A stretch of 64,000 nucleotides of DNA, taken from the NCBI GenBank assembly GCA_964106915.2, contig OZ066915.1, one strand, 5' to 3'. Origin of the DNA: Podarcis gaigeae. Lineage: Eukaryota. Position 1 is the first letter of the stretch. The number at the start of each line of letters is the position of its first letter. A program made the translations under genes and the position numbers. Under the pieces are notes generated by a model that was not told the origin of the DNA, did no database searches, and was given only the letters and a program-made list of their open reading frames with translations. Below are positions 26,791-40,083 of this stretch, piece by piece.

Positions 26791-28259
26791 CTCAGGCTTT
26801 TCATAGGTTGATCCTGGTAGATGCTTCAGAGGCAACATCTCTCTTGTGCAGTAACTTGAGCCATCAGATCTCTGACTTAGAATCAAGCTGACCCATGGCA
26901 GGACGCAAGATCTTTAACTGATTGTATTGAAAACTAGCCGAGGGATGTATTTTAGGACCATGAAGGGGAATGACTCTGTAGATTTTATTTTATTTTTTAA
27001 GAGACTGTAGCCACTGGAGAATTACAAACCATTTACCTCACGCTTCGTTGATGTTTCTAGGCAATGCTCTCAAGTGGCACTTGTATGCAGATGAAATGCA
27101 GTTTGGAGTTCTAGTATGTTATGGAAACATTTTCCTGTGACAAAATATGCAATGAATGACTTGGTTTGAAATCCTGCCAGCCTGTGTGTGCTGCTATCAC
27201 AACATTAAATGACTTTTACTTAGGGTGAAAGTTCTTGTGATAAATCATGGAAAAACTGACTTGTGCTATCTTTAGTCACCGTGCTGTTTCGCTCTCACAA
27301 GTCATTCACAGCTCTAAAAATACAATTTATATCACCACATTCCTGGAATTCTTTCAGTTCTTACATTCTGATTTAAGTGGCATTAAAGTCCCGGCTGCAA
27401 AGTTCAAGCCACGGGACAATATCTCATCAGGGGATTAGTTGTCACCTGAGTTCAATACATTGTTTGCAGTATTTATTTGATCTGAGCTCCAAACCTAATG
27501 CAGAAAATCTCCCTACACATACACCTACTACCTGGTTATGTGGAACAAAGGCTAAAATGATCTTGGGACAAGATAATCATTTAATAAGCACACTCTGAGC
27601 GCAATAAAGATTTAAATTGAAACACATGCATGTCACAGAGGCTGCTTGCCTATGGAGAAAGCCTTAGTGGGGTCCAGGTTTACTCTCAAAACCTACTAAG
27701 ATTCAGTCCTCGTGCACCTTCTCAGAACTGTAATTTGCTGGTGTTTTGGACTCACACATCTTTGTCATTTTCCAATTGATTAACTTACAAGATTTTTCCA
27801 AAATAGTTATTGATTTAAAGACACCAGCATGTCTGGCACTCGCTCTCTGGATTTAATTACAACTTTCCCTGATACTTCATAGTTTAAGCAGAACTGAATG
27901 CTTTCTAATTTTCCCTGATAGGGACCATGGGGTACGTTGTGTTCTTTATCCCAACTGGCAGATCAACAAAGCTGAGCAATAAAAAGCTCAATTTGTGTAA
28001 TAAACTGTGGTACAATCTACTACTTAGGCACAAGGTCCTTGAAAACATGCAACCTTTTCTGCACATTACTTTAAACTCAAACCAGATGGACACTTACAAT
28101 TTCTTGTCTTTCATTCAAGTGGGTCAGGGAATATGTAGTTGGAGGGAGTCTGTTTCACCACATTTGTATCCTCTCTTTTGCCTAAGTAGCTCAAGAGGCA
28201 GTTTAGAATCACAACAGCCCTGTGAGGCAGGTCAAGCAAAAAGACAGTGGAAAGACACC

Positions 28260-28260
<1 letters not shown>

Positions 28261-28296
<36 letters not shown>
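28261..28296. repeat. (CA)n microsatellite
   Basis: Directly visible. Confidence 0.95.
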
Positions 28297-28298
<2 letters not shown>

Positions 28299-28437
28299 TA
28301 CTCCATCCCACCATTAATGGATCGGCATGGAAAAGAGCAGGAACATGGAGCAGAACAACTATGCCACTCTTATAACTTAAGAAAAAAATCATTTCTATAC
28401 GATTCTACTTAGAAGTGACTCCTATTGAGTCCTACTG

Positions 28438-28568
28438 AGAAACATAGGATGCTGCTTTATACTATTGGACCACCTAGCTCAGGATTGTCTACACTTCCAG
28501 GGTTTCAGGCAAGGGTCTCACCTAGCCTGATGTGGGTATGTCAGAGATTGAACCTGGGACCTTCTGCA
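28438..28568 (-). mobile_element. tRNA-derived SINE with CR1-like tail
   Basis: aacataggatgctgctttatac ... gattgaacctgggaccttctgca (B-box complement). Related to 26581. Confidence 0.65.
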
Positions 28569-29050
28569 ATGGGTTCAGTCAGGCTTACGTCCAGGTCAGT
28601 GTGCCTAGGATTGCAGCCAAAATGACCTACAGCAGACACCAGATATGAACCTGGATTTTCCACATCCAAGGCCACAAATTCCTAACTTAGCTTCTTTAAA
28701 AACTGCCCTGGGAAAACAAAAGGCAAACACAATGTAGGATGTGTCCTTGAAATATTTAGGTAAATTCAAAAATCTGCTAGTTCATGCAATCAAAATGGTG
28801 CAAAACTGACTAGTACTTCTTAACCTTTCCATTACAAAGACTATTATGTTGCCAGCAGCATGAATAACCTTAACGTATGCCATCCTGGTGAGTGAAGGTT
28901 ATCACTCCTGCTCACTTTCAAGAATAATTACACTGAATCCACTGAACTCTAGTGTATGCTTATGCAGTTACACTTACTTTCATCTCAATCTAGTGCATGG
29001 TCCATACATAACATGCAATTTTATTTTATTAAATATAATGTATACCCTAT

Positions 29051-29457
29051 TGTCAGGGAACTGCCATCGGAAAGACAGGATGTGGAGAGGCTCTCAGAAG
29101 GCAGGAGAGAGTCAGCAGCGGAGGAAGGCACCAGTAGGGGGAAATCGGGAAGTCTTAAGGAGAGAGAGATGGAGGCATGGCTCAGGGACTCTTCCAGCAG
29201 TAACAGCGGAGGAGTTTCAGATCCTCCCATAAGCACCCCCACTCCTCGCCGGAAACTGTCGCGCCGAGAATCCAGACGACGCGTTTCCGTCAAGGAACTT
29301 TTATGTTGGAATAGATTCCGTAGACGCCCACTGTCGGATTCTACCAGCGACTGACGGAGCCATGCTTTGGGGGTTCCGTTAGAGACAGAGGTTGGCTGGC
29401 TAGCCAAAACCCGGAGGGATCAAGCTTTACGCACAAGCAGCTCATTATCCCATCAAA
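29051..29457 (+). mobile_element. Probable solo LTR (Gypsy/ERV-like), young
   Basis: Begins TGT with an abrupt switch to GC- and CpG-rich sequence. Flanked by 5-bp direct repeat cctat (29046-29050 and 29458-29462). The 3' end reads AAA rather than canonical ACA. Confidence 0.65.
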
Positions 29458-29491
29458 CCTATCTTCTTGCAAGCACACCACAGTGGTTGCT

Positions 29492-29492
29492 G

Positions 29493-29534
<42 letters not shown>
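29492..29534. repeat. (CTA)n microsatellite at L2 tail
   Basis: Directly visible and abuts the 3' end of the minus-strand L2. Confidence 0.9.
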
Positions 29535-29790
29535 TTCCCTTCATCCGAAGATCACAGGTGGTTCACAACATAAAAATACAAAATGAGAACACAAAATACA
29601 TAATAAAACAAACACAAATCAATAACCCCATCCCACAAACATAGAAAAAGGCCATAGAATGTTCAATCAGCCCAAGGTCTGGTTATAGAGGAACATTTTC
29701 TGTCACCTAAAAAATGTAATGAAGGTGCTAAGCAAGCCTCCCTAGGGAGAGCATTCCACAAATGAGGAGCCAGCATAGAAAAGGCTGGGC
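29535..29790 (-). mobile_element. L2 LINE 3' end
   Basis: Minus strand reads gccttttctatgctggctcctcatttgtggaatgctctccctagggagg (AFSMLAPHLWNALP), followed by a T-rich UTR. Confidence 0.8.
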
Positions 29791-31881
29791 CTTTTCATGG
29801 GCCTTTCATGGAGGGGGCACACAAAAAGAGTCCAGGTTGGCTTATGTGGGGAAAGATTCTATGATAACGCATTGCAGTAAACAATAAAAAAAACTAATCA
29901 AAACCATTAAAATGCTAACAGAAACCATCCAATAAAATTAATCAATAAAAAAGGCAGCAAGGTGCTTAGGACCTTTAAAGCAAAAAAACTCTATCATGAA
30001 ATGAGCCCAGAAGCAAAGTGACAGAAAATGCAGATGACACAGGTACATAATTATTTCCTTGACCTGTCCCAGACAATATTCTGACAACATTACTTGGGAC
30101 TAACAGATACTTTTCAAGGGCAGCCCCATAAAGACAGAGTCAGGATTTATGAGTCACTTCTTTCCTCACAACTTGCAGTTTTAAAGTGTTTTTATCAGAA
30201 AGGTAGGTATCTCACCATACGTCAAAGTAGCACCATACTTTTGCATTTATGTATGCACCTTGCTGCCATATTCAGAGCATCTTCTCTCTTTCTCTCTGAT
30301 CTCTTAGGAAAAGGACTCACCATTCTTGCTCTCAGCAAATGTAGGGACTTGGGTACATGACTGAAGAGTCAAGTCTCTCACTTCACTGCAAACACAGTCC
30401 TTGAGGAACACTTCTGAATTTTCACTGGATGCATTTTTCTGCCTGAAAGCTCCTGTTTAATCACACCATTCATCACTAGGCCTGAAGGGACTTTGTCAGA
30501 TATCTCTTCCTCTACTTTGAAAGTCCCACGCTTTCTAAGAACTGGGACTCCAACAAAAAGCTGTAAGGAGAAAAGTTGATATATGACTTGATATGATACT
30601 GGAGGCAGGATAGAACACATGGAAATTGCATTGAGGACACAATAATTGCCACACATTCTGTGTCTCAAAAGTGAGGCTAGATAGTCTTACAGTTTCACTT
30701 CAACTGGTTCAAATGGCAACAGAAGAGTCAAGATTTATGTCCCCTCCATTTCCTATCTAGTCGCGGTATTATATTGCCATATATCATTTTACCTGTAATG
30801 GATTTGTGTGGATCAGCAACCAACCATTTGTTGCCAGAATTCAAAACTGGGTCTGGCTCCGTGGCAGCCAGGGGAAGGGGCCAATGGCCACAAAAAATGG
30901 TGTGGCTCCTAGGAAGACAGGAGAGCTGCCATGTCAGGTCTCAACCTTCACCCATCCAGGTACCAAGTAAGTGACCATTATACCACAAGGCTCTATGCAC
31001 TGGAGCTCACATAGCTGTCAATGTTTTTCTCACTTTGAAATTTGATGGAGTAATACAAGTAAAGTAATAAAAATCACTGAGGAAGTGACTGTCATAGTAA
31101 CTATGGCTGGGAGTGGGAGTGAAGGGCAATTTGATTCTGGGTCTACCTAGTCTAAATCCAACAGTATAACCTTCACTATCCACTGGAGGGGGGGCAACAT
31201 AGTAATGAACCAGCAGTGGGTCAGAGTTTACTGGAATACATTGATAAAGACAAAATGCTGCCAATGCCCACATTTACTGATTATGCAGAAAATGTATTTG
31301 TGTGACCACACTGTCCTGAATGTGCCAACTCTAGCTACTACCTGACAGGATAAAAACTGAGGTACACAAGGGTTCAACTGGCTTAAGCATGCCACACAGA
31401 TATCCACATAGTCCATTGTTTACATAAAGGTCTCCATTTTGGTACTTCAGCCTATTTTCATGACCACAGGAGAACCTCATTCATTTGTTCCAAGAGTGCA
31501 GGTTTGAAAATATAAGTATCAGTTTAGAATGGTTACAGAAGTTAAAAACAATTTCTTTTCCTTGAGGACTGGAAATGCTTCCTTCCTGATCTGGCCCATA
31601 AAATGCAGAAAACTGAGAGCACACCAGCCCTCTTCCAACCTGTCACACCATTGCCACACACAGAAGTTAGGGACATTCAAATAAAAGATCACAAAAATGT
31701 AGGATTTAAATTTTAAAATTAGGAAAATGCATTATCATTGGAAACAATGATCCAATATGCATATGTATTCATCTCTAGCTGCCAACCTCCTCCTCAATTA
31801 ATGAACAATGAGATGTTCACAAACTTAGATAGGAGATTCTCAGCTGCAAAAATAAGGGTGGCTACACAGCATCTTAAAGCA

Positions 31882-31926
<45 letters not shown>
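31882..31926. repeat. (AAT)n microsatellite
   Basis: Directly visible. Confidence 0.95.
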
Positions 31927-31927
<1 letters not shown>

Positions 31928-34299
31928 TCTCCTAAGTGGTGTAACTTCCCATTAATAGCCCCTTGTGGCTTTGTTGGGCCAGTTGTCCACACAAATTCCC
32001 CTCCTGATTTATTAAGATTTTTTCCCCAGCAATTTTGGCATGCAATATGTCCAACAGCATGGCAATCCATCCACAGTTATACCCAAAACATCAAAAATCC
32101 TCTTCTTTATGTCATTAAGATACAACTAGCAATAACTGTTTATTCTTGTGTTTTCAAATATTCATCTTTCTTAGCATTTTGGAACTCTTGATGTGATGCA
32201 TCTTTCCAGTGGAAAGTTATTGGTGATGACAGGACAATCCGGGAAACTGCATCTGCTCACCAAAAAAAATAAAAAAGTAACTTTGTGCAGCTGAACATTA
32301 AATCTTTGATGAATTAGGCCCAGGGCTTTGGTGACGTCTGTGCTGAACCAATATGACAGTTTTATATGGATTATGATTATTTATGTTTGTGAAAAATAGT
32401 GAGCGTGAGCCAGCAAGGCAGTGTCGAAGCTCTGGGACCACCAGCATCGGTGCTCCTCGTGGAGGCTTTTTATATTAGTAGAACAACATTATTCTGAAAT
32501 TTGGAGCATGTGTAACCGTTTAATTTTCACTAACTGTAGTAGGGTGCTTCACTGAAAGCCTGGGGGTCATGACATGCCGTTAGAGACGCCTGCTTTCACA
32601 ACACACTCAAGTAGCATTGGCGGGCTGGGCTCACTACCCCTCCTTACAAACCCCCATGTCAGATTTGGCCTCAAAACATTCCACACTGTTCCCTCACTTC
32701 AGCTTGAACTTAGCATATTTATAAAGCTTAAGCATACTTGTGAGCCTCAGAACACATCTCCCATCATACACTGCTGCCAACATATAAATTGCAAGACTAT
32801 ACACAGAACAGGACGTGTCCTGTCTCTTCTCTGCCTATAAATATTAAGACCCATAAAGTCTCATTACAATGGTAGCTTTACATGGGCTCTTCCAAGCAAG
32901 ATGAAATCTGTTGAGTAAAAGTTTCAGACAACTCTGCTACAATGTTTCTGATTCTGCTTAATACCAAGACGTACAAAGGGGCCATAAATATTTGAAACAG
33001 CGAAAGAAAAATGTCTTCTCCACAACTGTCCGGATTCAGTTTTAATATAACAAGGACAACCCCATTGTAATACTGGCATCCTAGACACTAGGCACACCAA
33101 TACCAAAATGAATGAATGAAATAAATATATATATTTAAGTTGACACCAATAGGTTTTATCACACAGCAAATGTTTGAAATGGTCTCTACCTTCCATCTGT
33201 CTGCCCACTGTGTTCAACATCTGAGGACCTGCTTCACGTTCAGGGCTGAGGCTAGCAAGAACATGAAAGCAGACCGTTTCAGTTGTCTCACTCGGGTGGT
33301 GGAAACTCTGCCTGAAGAGGTTGTTTTGATCCCCTTTCTCCCCCCCCATATACATTGCTAAGGCTCCCCTGCCCCAACATTTCCCCTTCCAGCTGTGTTG
33401 TTTTTGTTTGCATGTGTTCACTCCTGTTTTCCTGGCATTCAAAATCTGCCACCTGAGGTCTCTGGCTTAGAGACTGAGAGACTACTCCTTTTGAGATAAA
33501 ACTGGGACTGCACACACGAGGCACTGAGGACCATCATGACAATTATGGCTAAAGCAGTAAAGAAAGAGTTTTTGAAACCAGTGGCATTTTAAAATAGCCT
33601 TTCAAACAAATATACAATTTGAGCATGGAGATGCAGGTAAGCACACTAACTGCTAGCCTTTAAAACTCCTGCCTCCCACAAGTTTTCCATGTCTGACCTG
33701 TTTTGTCTCTCTTATTGCCAATAGCCATCAGTCTTACTATTTCTCATGAAACAAATATATTGTAGATATAGTGCCCATTGAGGATATATTTTACAGAATT
33801 AAATATAATACGAGTGAACCAGTAATATTTTCTCTTGACACATCCATGACACTAATCATACACAGTATTCAAAGTGTTTCACATACATTGTCTCAGTAAC
33901 AATAAATACGTAAGATAACAGCTTCCCTAAGCCATCTAATGAGTTCACAGCTGAGTATGTGTGATTTGGACTAACTGGCTGATTCCTCTGTGCACTTAGC
34001 CACTGTGCTACATAAGCTCTGTCTAACCCGTTTTTCCCCTTTCTGTTGGCTCTTTTTTCCCTGGCAGGTCCCCTCTCTTGCAGCATAAGATTCTACAGAA
34101 TTACCCAGGCCCACTACAGTCTTTTCTGCTTGAAGGACTAAGCCTCCGCTTCAGCTTCAAAGGATTTAATTTCCTCATCTTCTTGGCTGAGCCTCTCTGG
34201 GATTTGGAGGTGGGCTGTTGTGAAATCACCACCTATATGTGAGCATGGCTATAAGACGTCTCTGATGCTGCTCACCCAGTCATGCCTTTGGTTCTCTAC

Positions 34300-34768
34300 A
34301 CAGCTCGCTTTTTCCTTGATTTGTTACGGGGCCAAGTTCAAGGAGTTACTACTAGTAATTAAAGCCCTTAACAGCTTGGGACTAGTTTACTTGCAGGATT
34401 GCCTCACCTCATATATGCCGACTCAGCCACTTATATCTGCAGAACTTGCAGAACTGACACTGTTACAGATGCCAAATTATACCCATTTTGCACTTGTAAG
34501 AAACCAATATTTGAGTGACAGCACCCACACTTTGACATCAGGCAGGTACCTTCAAGGTACTCTTTTCGGGGCCTGCTAAAAACATGTTTGCTTAGACAAG
34601 TCTACACATATTTAGAATGCTGGTGTGTTTTTAGTTTATTGCTGGTTTCAATTTTTTGAATGTTTTATTTGTTTTTACTAATAATCTTACTGTTTTGTAA
34701 ACCACTTTGAGGTTTTCTACAATCAAGCAATAAATAAATTTTATGAAGTAAAATAAGAAATAAATAAG
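34300..34768 (+). mobile_element. L2 LINE 3' fragment
   Basis: AKFKELLLVIKALNSLGLVYLQDCL motif, T-rich UTR, tgtaaaccactttgag and taaataaa tail. Confidence 0.8.
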
Positions 34769-35573
34769 CTTTGAGTTTGGGGCTTGTTTGTTTTTTGCTC
34801 ATCTAGGCATGTGGATGGAGAGAGGTAAGAACGAACCAGTCTCTGGGATGGATCAGATTGAAGCAGATTTTATTAATGTTGATTCTTGGAATTCCTGCTT
34901 TCACTTCTGTGCACTGAAAATTTCTGTGTTTCTCAACTCCTACATTGGAAACTTGCTGAGCAATCTGGAGATGGGTAGGCAGTAAGTCTGATAGATATAT
35001 AATCCATTCTTACTCACAATCCCAAGACATACGTTACAGGCTCACTTGTTCTTTGGAAAATATGGACCAGGCAGGGTATTCTGTTAAATAGGTTTGATGG
35101 TTGAGCAATGCAATACATTTCCCTTTGCAAATTTAAACTCTAAATATCCATTTCCTCCAGAAACTCAGTGACAGTATTTCCACAGGGACAATTTTATTGA
35201 ATTGTCCAGATGCTTGTAAAACAACCTGAAATATTTCCTATTTTAGGGGGGAGGAAGGGAAACACACTAAACCCCTGGAATGTTTCAAAAGCTGTTGGAC
35301 CTATAGTTCCCCACATGCATCACCAATCTGGATCTTTTCTGAGACACTTGAAACATAGAATACAAGCTTCCCAGTTAAGGGACCTTCTTTCAATGTGGCC
35401 TTTACATCATTCTCATTAACTTTTCATTTAAAAAGGTATTTCTAAGGTAATGATTAAAAAAACACAGGGGAAAAAAGAAGCAAAAGAAAGTGACAAACTT
35501 TTCTGCCATCAGCTCCTTTTGCTGTTGCCTGCAATGGTTTCCTTCCAAAGGAAGTTGTGTCAAGTGCAGAGAA

Positions 35574-36250
35574 TGTGATAGAATAAGAGGCTCTCCCCAC
35601 CCAGCACCTTGGTTCCTTTCCTGATGACCTATCCACCCCTCCATCTTCAGAGGATGAAGCCAAAGATTTAGAGGAAGTATCAGACTGGGAAAGGGATTTC
35701 CCGCACAGAACCTGTCCCAGGCATCCCCATGGCCTTGGAAGAGAAGCCCATGTTACTATGACTCTGACCTGAGGAGACTGCACCCATGTTCTCAGACTCC
35801 AACCCCAAAGCCACAGCAGAACCACAGTCTCCATGCACTGGAGTCAATGGCTACCAAAGCAGGTTCTAACCCAGGTTTCCTCAACCTTGGCCCTCCAGAT
35901 GTTTTTGGCCTACAACTCCCATGATCCCTAGCTAGCAGGACCAGTGGTCAGGGATGATGGGAAGCCTGTTCTAACCCTTAATGGAACAGGCTTCTGCCTC
36001 TGCAGGTGGAGCTAGCCATACATATGAAGCTGTGACTCTATTTAAGACTCCATCTGAGTCGGCTTGTGGTTGAAATAATATTTTAGTCTGCTTGTATCAT
36101 ATTGTACCAGAGGTATTCAGTGTCCTATCTGTTTTGCTTGGACTTGTCTCATTGGAACCTAACCTCAGCTTTCCTGACTTTGCTTTATTGGAATGTGGCT
36201 GCTACTTTACTTGAACTTGAACTTACTTGATTTTGCAGTGCTAAAACCCA
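35574..36250 (+). mobile_element. Degenerate LTR-like element (3' boundary uncertain)
   Basis: TGTGA start, acidic coding-like stretch (PPSSEDEAKDLEEVSDWE), tatttaag TATA-like motif near 36040 and a T-rich U5-like tail. Confidence 0.45.
35872..35968. mobile_element. hAT MITE (palindromic family, internally deleted) with perfect 8-bp TSD
   Basis: ttctaacc at 35864-35871 and 35969-35976, with termini caggtttcc / ggaagcctg. Confidence 0.85.
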
Positions 36251-38282
36251 AGCATACACCTAGCATGCATGCATTTGTTTCTGGGCACTGCCTGAGCAAA
36301 GGTAGCTAACCGTTTTCTTTAGCACTGGGGCCACATCCAGGTTTGGCCAATTCTCCAGTGGCAACATTGCCAGTGTCTTCTTTTATTTTGCTTTTTATTT
36401 TTTTATTCTGCTTTTGCAAATCAATAAGGGGGGGACTCGAGGCTTTTTGTAGGAACCAATCAAAATCATGAAACACAGTCAAAGTTAAGTCCTATAGTTG
36501 ATTTCATTGGAATAATATGCATGCGTTTAAATATTTTCCACTGAAATTAGTGGGACTTAGGTGATTTACTTTGGCTGGATCATGCATATACTTTTTCAAG
36601 CCCCTTTATCTTTCCAACTCCTTTCGCTGGATGGAAACAAACACAGTGTAAGTCTAGATGTCTCATTCATCCACTTGTCTCCCATTTTTTCCTGTTTGTC
36701 TTAGCAAAGATTCAAGGGGAAGTAAATGCATCCCCTACTATTCCATGGTGAGTGGCTATCGAGTAATCAAGGCTTGCCATAAAACCTTGAAAACCAGCAG
36801 AGAAAAACCAGGAGGGAGAGAGAAAAGAAGGAAAAGGGAGCCACATAGATGAAACTTATCGCATTCTTTGCATGTTTATTGTGGTATGTTTGTGTTCCTG
36901 GGATTCTGCTTGCAAGAATGTTGCTGATAAAAAAACATGGGTATTTATGCTTGTTAGCTGTTGTTTACAGTGTAGTAGACAGTAAGGGTACTTCCAGATT
37001 CTCTAAGGAGTTGAAAGACAGGCAGGGCCAGATGTACTTTCCCCTGCTGACAATGATTCTCAGAAAGTTGACTAGTTGCCACAACTGATATTGGTGGATA
37101 TGTGCAGAGAAGACAGGGGTGGGAAATTAACATTTTGGAAGTTGATCTTTTTTTATTGCCTAGAATAACAAAGTAATGAATTTATCCTTGTGAAAAACAT
37201 TCCTGGAGTGTAGAATTGGGGTTAGCTGTTTTTCTCCATAGATAATATTAAAGTTTGGAAGGTTCTGTTCACTAAACTCCCCAGTGCTTCCTCCATTAAG
37301 CAGCAAGGCTGCTTCATTATCTGGAGGTTATAGTCCATTTTTCCCATCAAGTTGCAGATTCTTTATGTGCCCTAGAGAGGTGGCCTGCCCACCTCTCTCA
37401 CCACTGCCAAAGAATAAGCAGCATGGGATGATTTCTTGAAAGCAAGGGAGAAGGGACTGCTGAAAAAAGTCCCAGACAGATTAGAAGCAGAGGAGTTGTT
37501 ATCCTTTCTCCTACCTACAGTAACTCTCCAGGCCTTTCATGACTTACCTGCCTTGCACTTCCAGCTGCCCTGGATGCTCCATAACTAAAATGATCATTAA
37601 ATATTGCTCTATGGAAGTCTCACAACAGATGGAATGCTGTTACAACAGGTATTGAATTCCACGACAAACAAATACAATCAATGTGAGCCACAGCTTCAAA
37701 GGGTATAATTATGTAAGATAGTTGTTGTCATTTTAGCCCCAGGTAATAAGAAATTAACAAGAAGCAAGGTGATAGCATACAATGGATGAACATCTATTAG
37801 ACAAGAAATATTCTAGTCTTGGGCAGCTTCCAGGTTGCAGTCTTATATTGCACGCAAAGCATTCATAGTTGAGTTTGTCACGTTAGCTTCTACACATTCC
37901 AAGTTTTTTCCAGTTATTGCTATTTATTGCTATTCCTACACTTGCCATCCACAGTAGCGATTTAACTTTGAAGCCCCTCCCCTCAATCAATAACCACTAC
38001 CATCCACTGCCTTTTTTTCTGTTCTGGGTACATGTATTCATTACTGTACCTTTGCACATGCACCTTTAACAAAAAAAATCCCGAGGAAGCGCACAAAGGC
38101 AAATGTTAACAGCATTAGGTATCCTGCTTCATAACAGGCAAAATGTGGGTTGTGCTTTGAGGGTGAGGGACAATCTCTCTTTTCAAAAACACACACACAC
38201 AGTTCTAGCAAAAGCGTAATTTTTATCTGACAAAGGCTTGCACAAGAGTGAGAAAGAGTACTTGTGCAAGACCTCTGTGTGA

Positions 38283-38299
38283 CATCATCATCATCATCA

Positions 38300-38334
<35 letters not shown>
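38283..38334. repeat. Compound (CAT)n(TAT)n microsatellite
   Basis: Directly visible. Confidence 0.95.
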
Positions 38335-38338
<4 letters not shown>

Positions 38339-38374
38339 TTGAAGTAGTCCCCCACATGTACGCAGTGACTCTTT

Positions 38375-38499
38375 TTCAGCCCCACTCACCTCACAGAGTG
38401 TTTGTTGTGGGGGATGAAGGGAAAGGAGAATGTTAGCCGCTTTGAGACTGCTTCGGGTAGTGATAAAGTGGGATATCAAATTCAAACTCTTCTTCTTCT
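38375..38499 (+). mobile_element. Squam3-like SINE, 3' half
   Basis: Closely similar to the 3' half of the 39784 copy, with a (CTT)n tail. Confidence 0.85.
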
Positions 38500-39783
38500 C
38501 CTAATCTAATTTTTGAAATGCAAACATGCCTTCGGCACATGGCAATAGCTGAAAAGGGTAAATTTATATTGTTTGCAGAGGCAGATTTAGGGGAGTCAAC
38601 CGCTTCGGTCACACTGGGCACAGAGCCTCAGAGACATCACAGGGGATGCCACAACTGTGATGCAGAATGGAAGGTGAGAGTTGGGGGGGGGTGCGCCGAA
38701 TTTTGGTGTTACACAGGGTGCTGCTGAAATTTGAGACCCCAAGGTCCACCACTTTTTTTTGGACTGTGGGAAACAAAGTGGCTCTGTTCGGCTCAGTTGT
38801 CTCTCAAGTATATACATATACAGCTCATCATCCCTATAATACAACTCAGTCAGACAAAAATGCAAGGAGCTTAAAAATAAAGGGAACTAAGTAAAGCTAA
38901 AGGACACCAAACAGTCTTCCTATTTTTCAAAACAGATGCAGAAGAGATGTTTCTCCAAGTTTGTACCGGACCAAGAGAATTGTACTTTGGGCACCACATG
39001 TACAAACAACTATACAAGTGAAGCCTTGCTCACAACACATGTAAAACTATGTTTGCACCAGACCTCAGTCACTTGGAAGGTTATGTGTGTATGAATGCAT
39101 CACCTTTTGATACCAGTCCATTCATAACTGTCAATAGCTCTTATAAAAAAGAAAATTAGGATAATTCAGCCTAGAGCTTCCTATCTCTAAGGGTTCTAGG
39201 AAGCTTCCTAAGTGTCCAGCCATTCTTTTTGTAATTGCCTCTGCTTCCTGGCTTGTTTTGCTAGGGTTTCTTTTTTCTTTTTCTTTTTTACTACAACAAA
39301 ATTATTTTTTAGAGAGGGGGAGGAAAGGGGAAAAAAACATGGCAGAGACTTGAAACGGAAAATTAAATGCAAATAACTCCTACACCAGGCCAGAAGAAGA
39401 GGAAGAAACAAAAGCCACAATGACAAACCTGATTAATAAAATAATGAAAAATATTCAGAAAGCACCAGAAAGTCCAGGAATAGAGACTTTACTTAGGTTG
39501 AGCGAGGGACAGGTTACCCATATTCTCCTAGGGGACCTACACAGATGTTTTTTTTCTTCCTGGGAGCACCTTATGTACCAACCAGGTGAAAAGCATCCAC
39601 CTCTCGCTGTGTAGTCCTTTTCCCAAAGCATATGAAGACTCCACAACCAGTACAACCAGACTAAATAACAAACCATGGCCCTCTGTGGCCTAAAGTATCA
39701 CATCACAATATTTTAGCAGCTGGGGCTTCCTTCAAGAAGAAAATCTCATTCTTCTATACTTGAATGTCTGAACTATAGACATT

Positions 39784-40040
39784 GAGAACCAGTGTGGTGT
39801 AGTGGTTAAGAGCGGTAGTCTCGTAATCCTGGGTAACCGGGTTTGCGTCTCCGCTCCTCCACATGCAGCTGCTGGGTGACCTTGGGCCAGTCGCACTTCC
39901 TTGAAGTCTCTCAGCCCCACTCACCTCACAGAGTGTTTGTTGTGGGGGAGGAAGGGAAAGGAGAATGTTAGCCGCTTTGAGACTCCTTAAAGGGAGTGAA
40001 AGGCGGGATATCAAATCCAAACTCTTCTTCTTCTTCTTCT
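39784..40040 (+). mobile_element. Full-length tRNA-derived SINE (Squam3/MIR-related) with (CTT)n tail
   Basis: A box tggtgtagtgg, degenerate B box, MIR-like core gggtgaccttgggccagtc and a (CTT)n tail. A close sister copy lies at 49864. Confidence 0.9.
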
Positions 40041-40083
40041 ATATTCAGTACACAACCTTAGATGGACAGCACATGCCTGAGCC

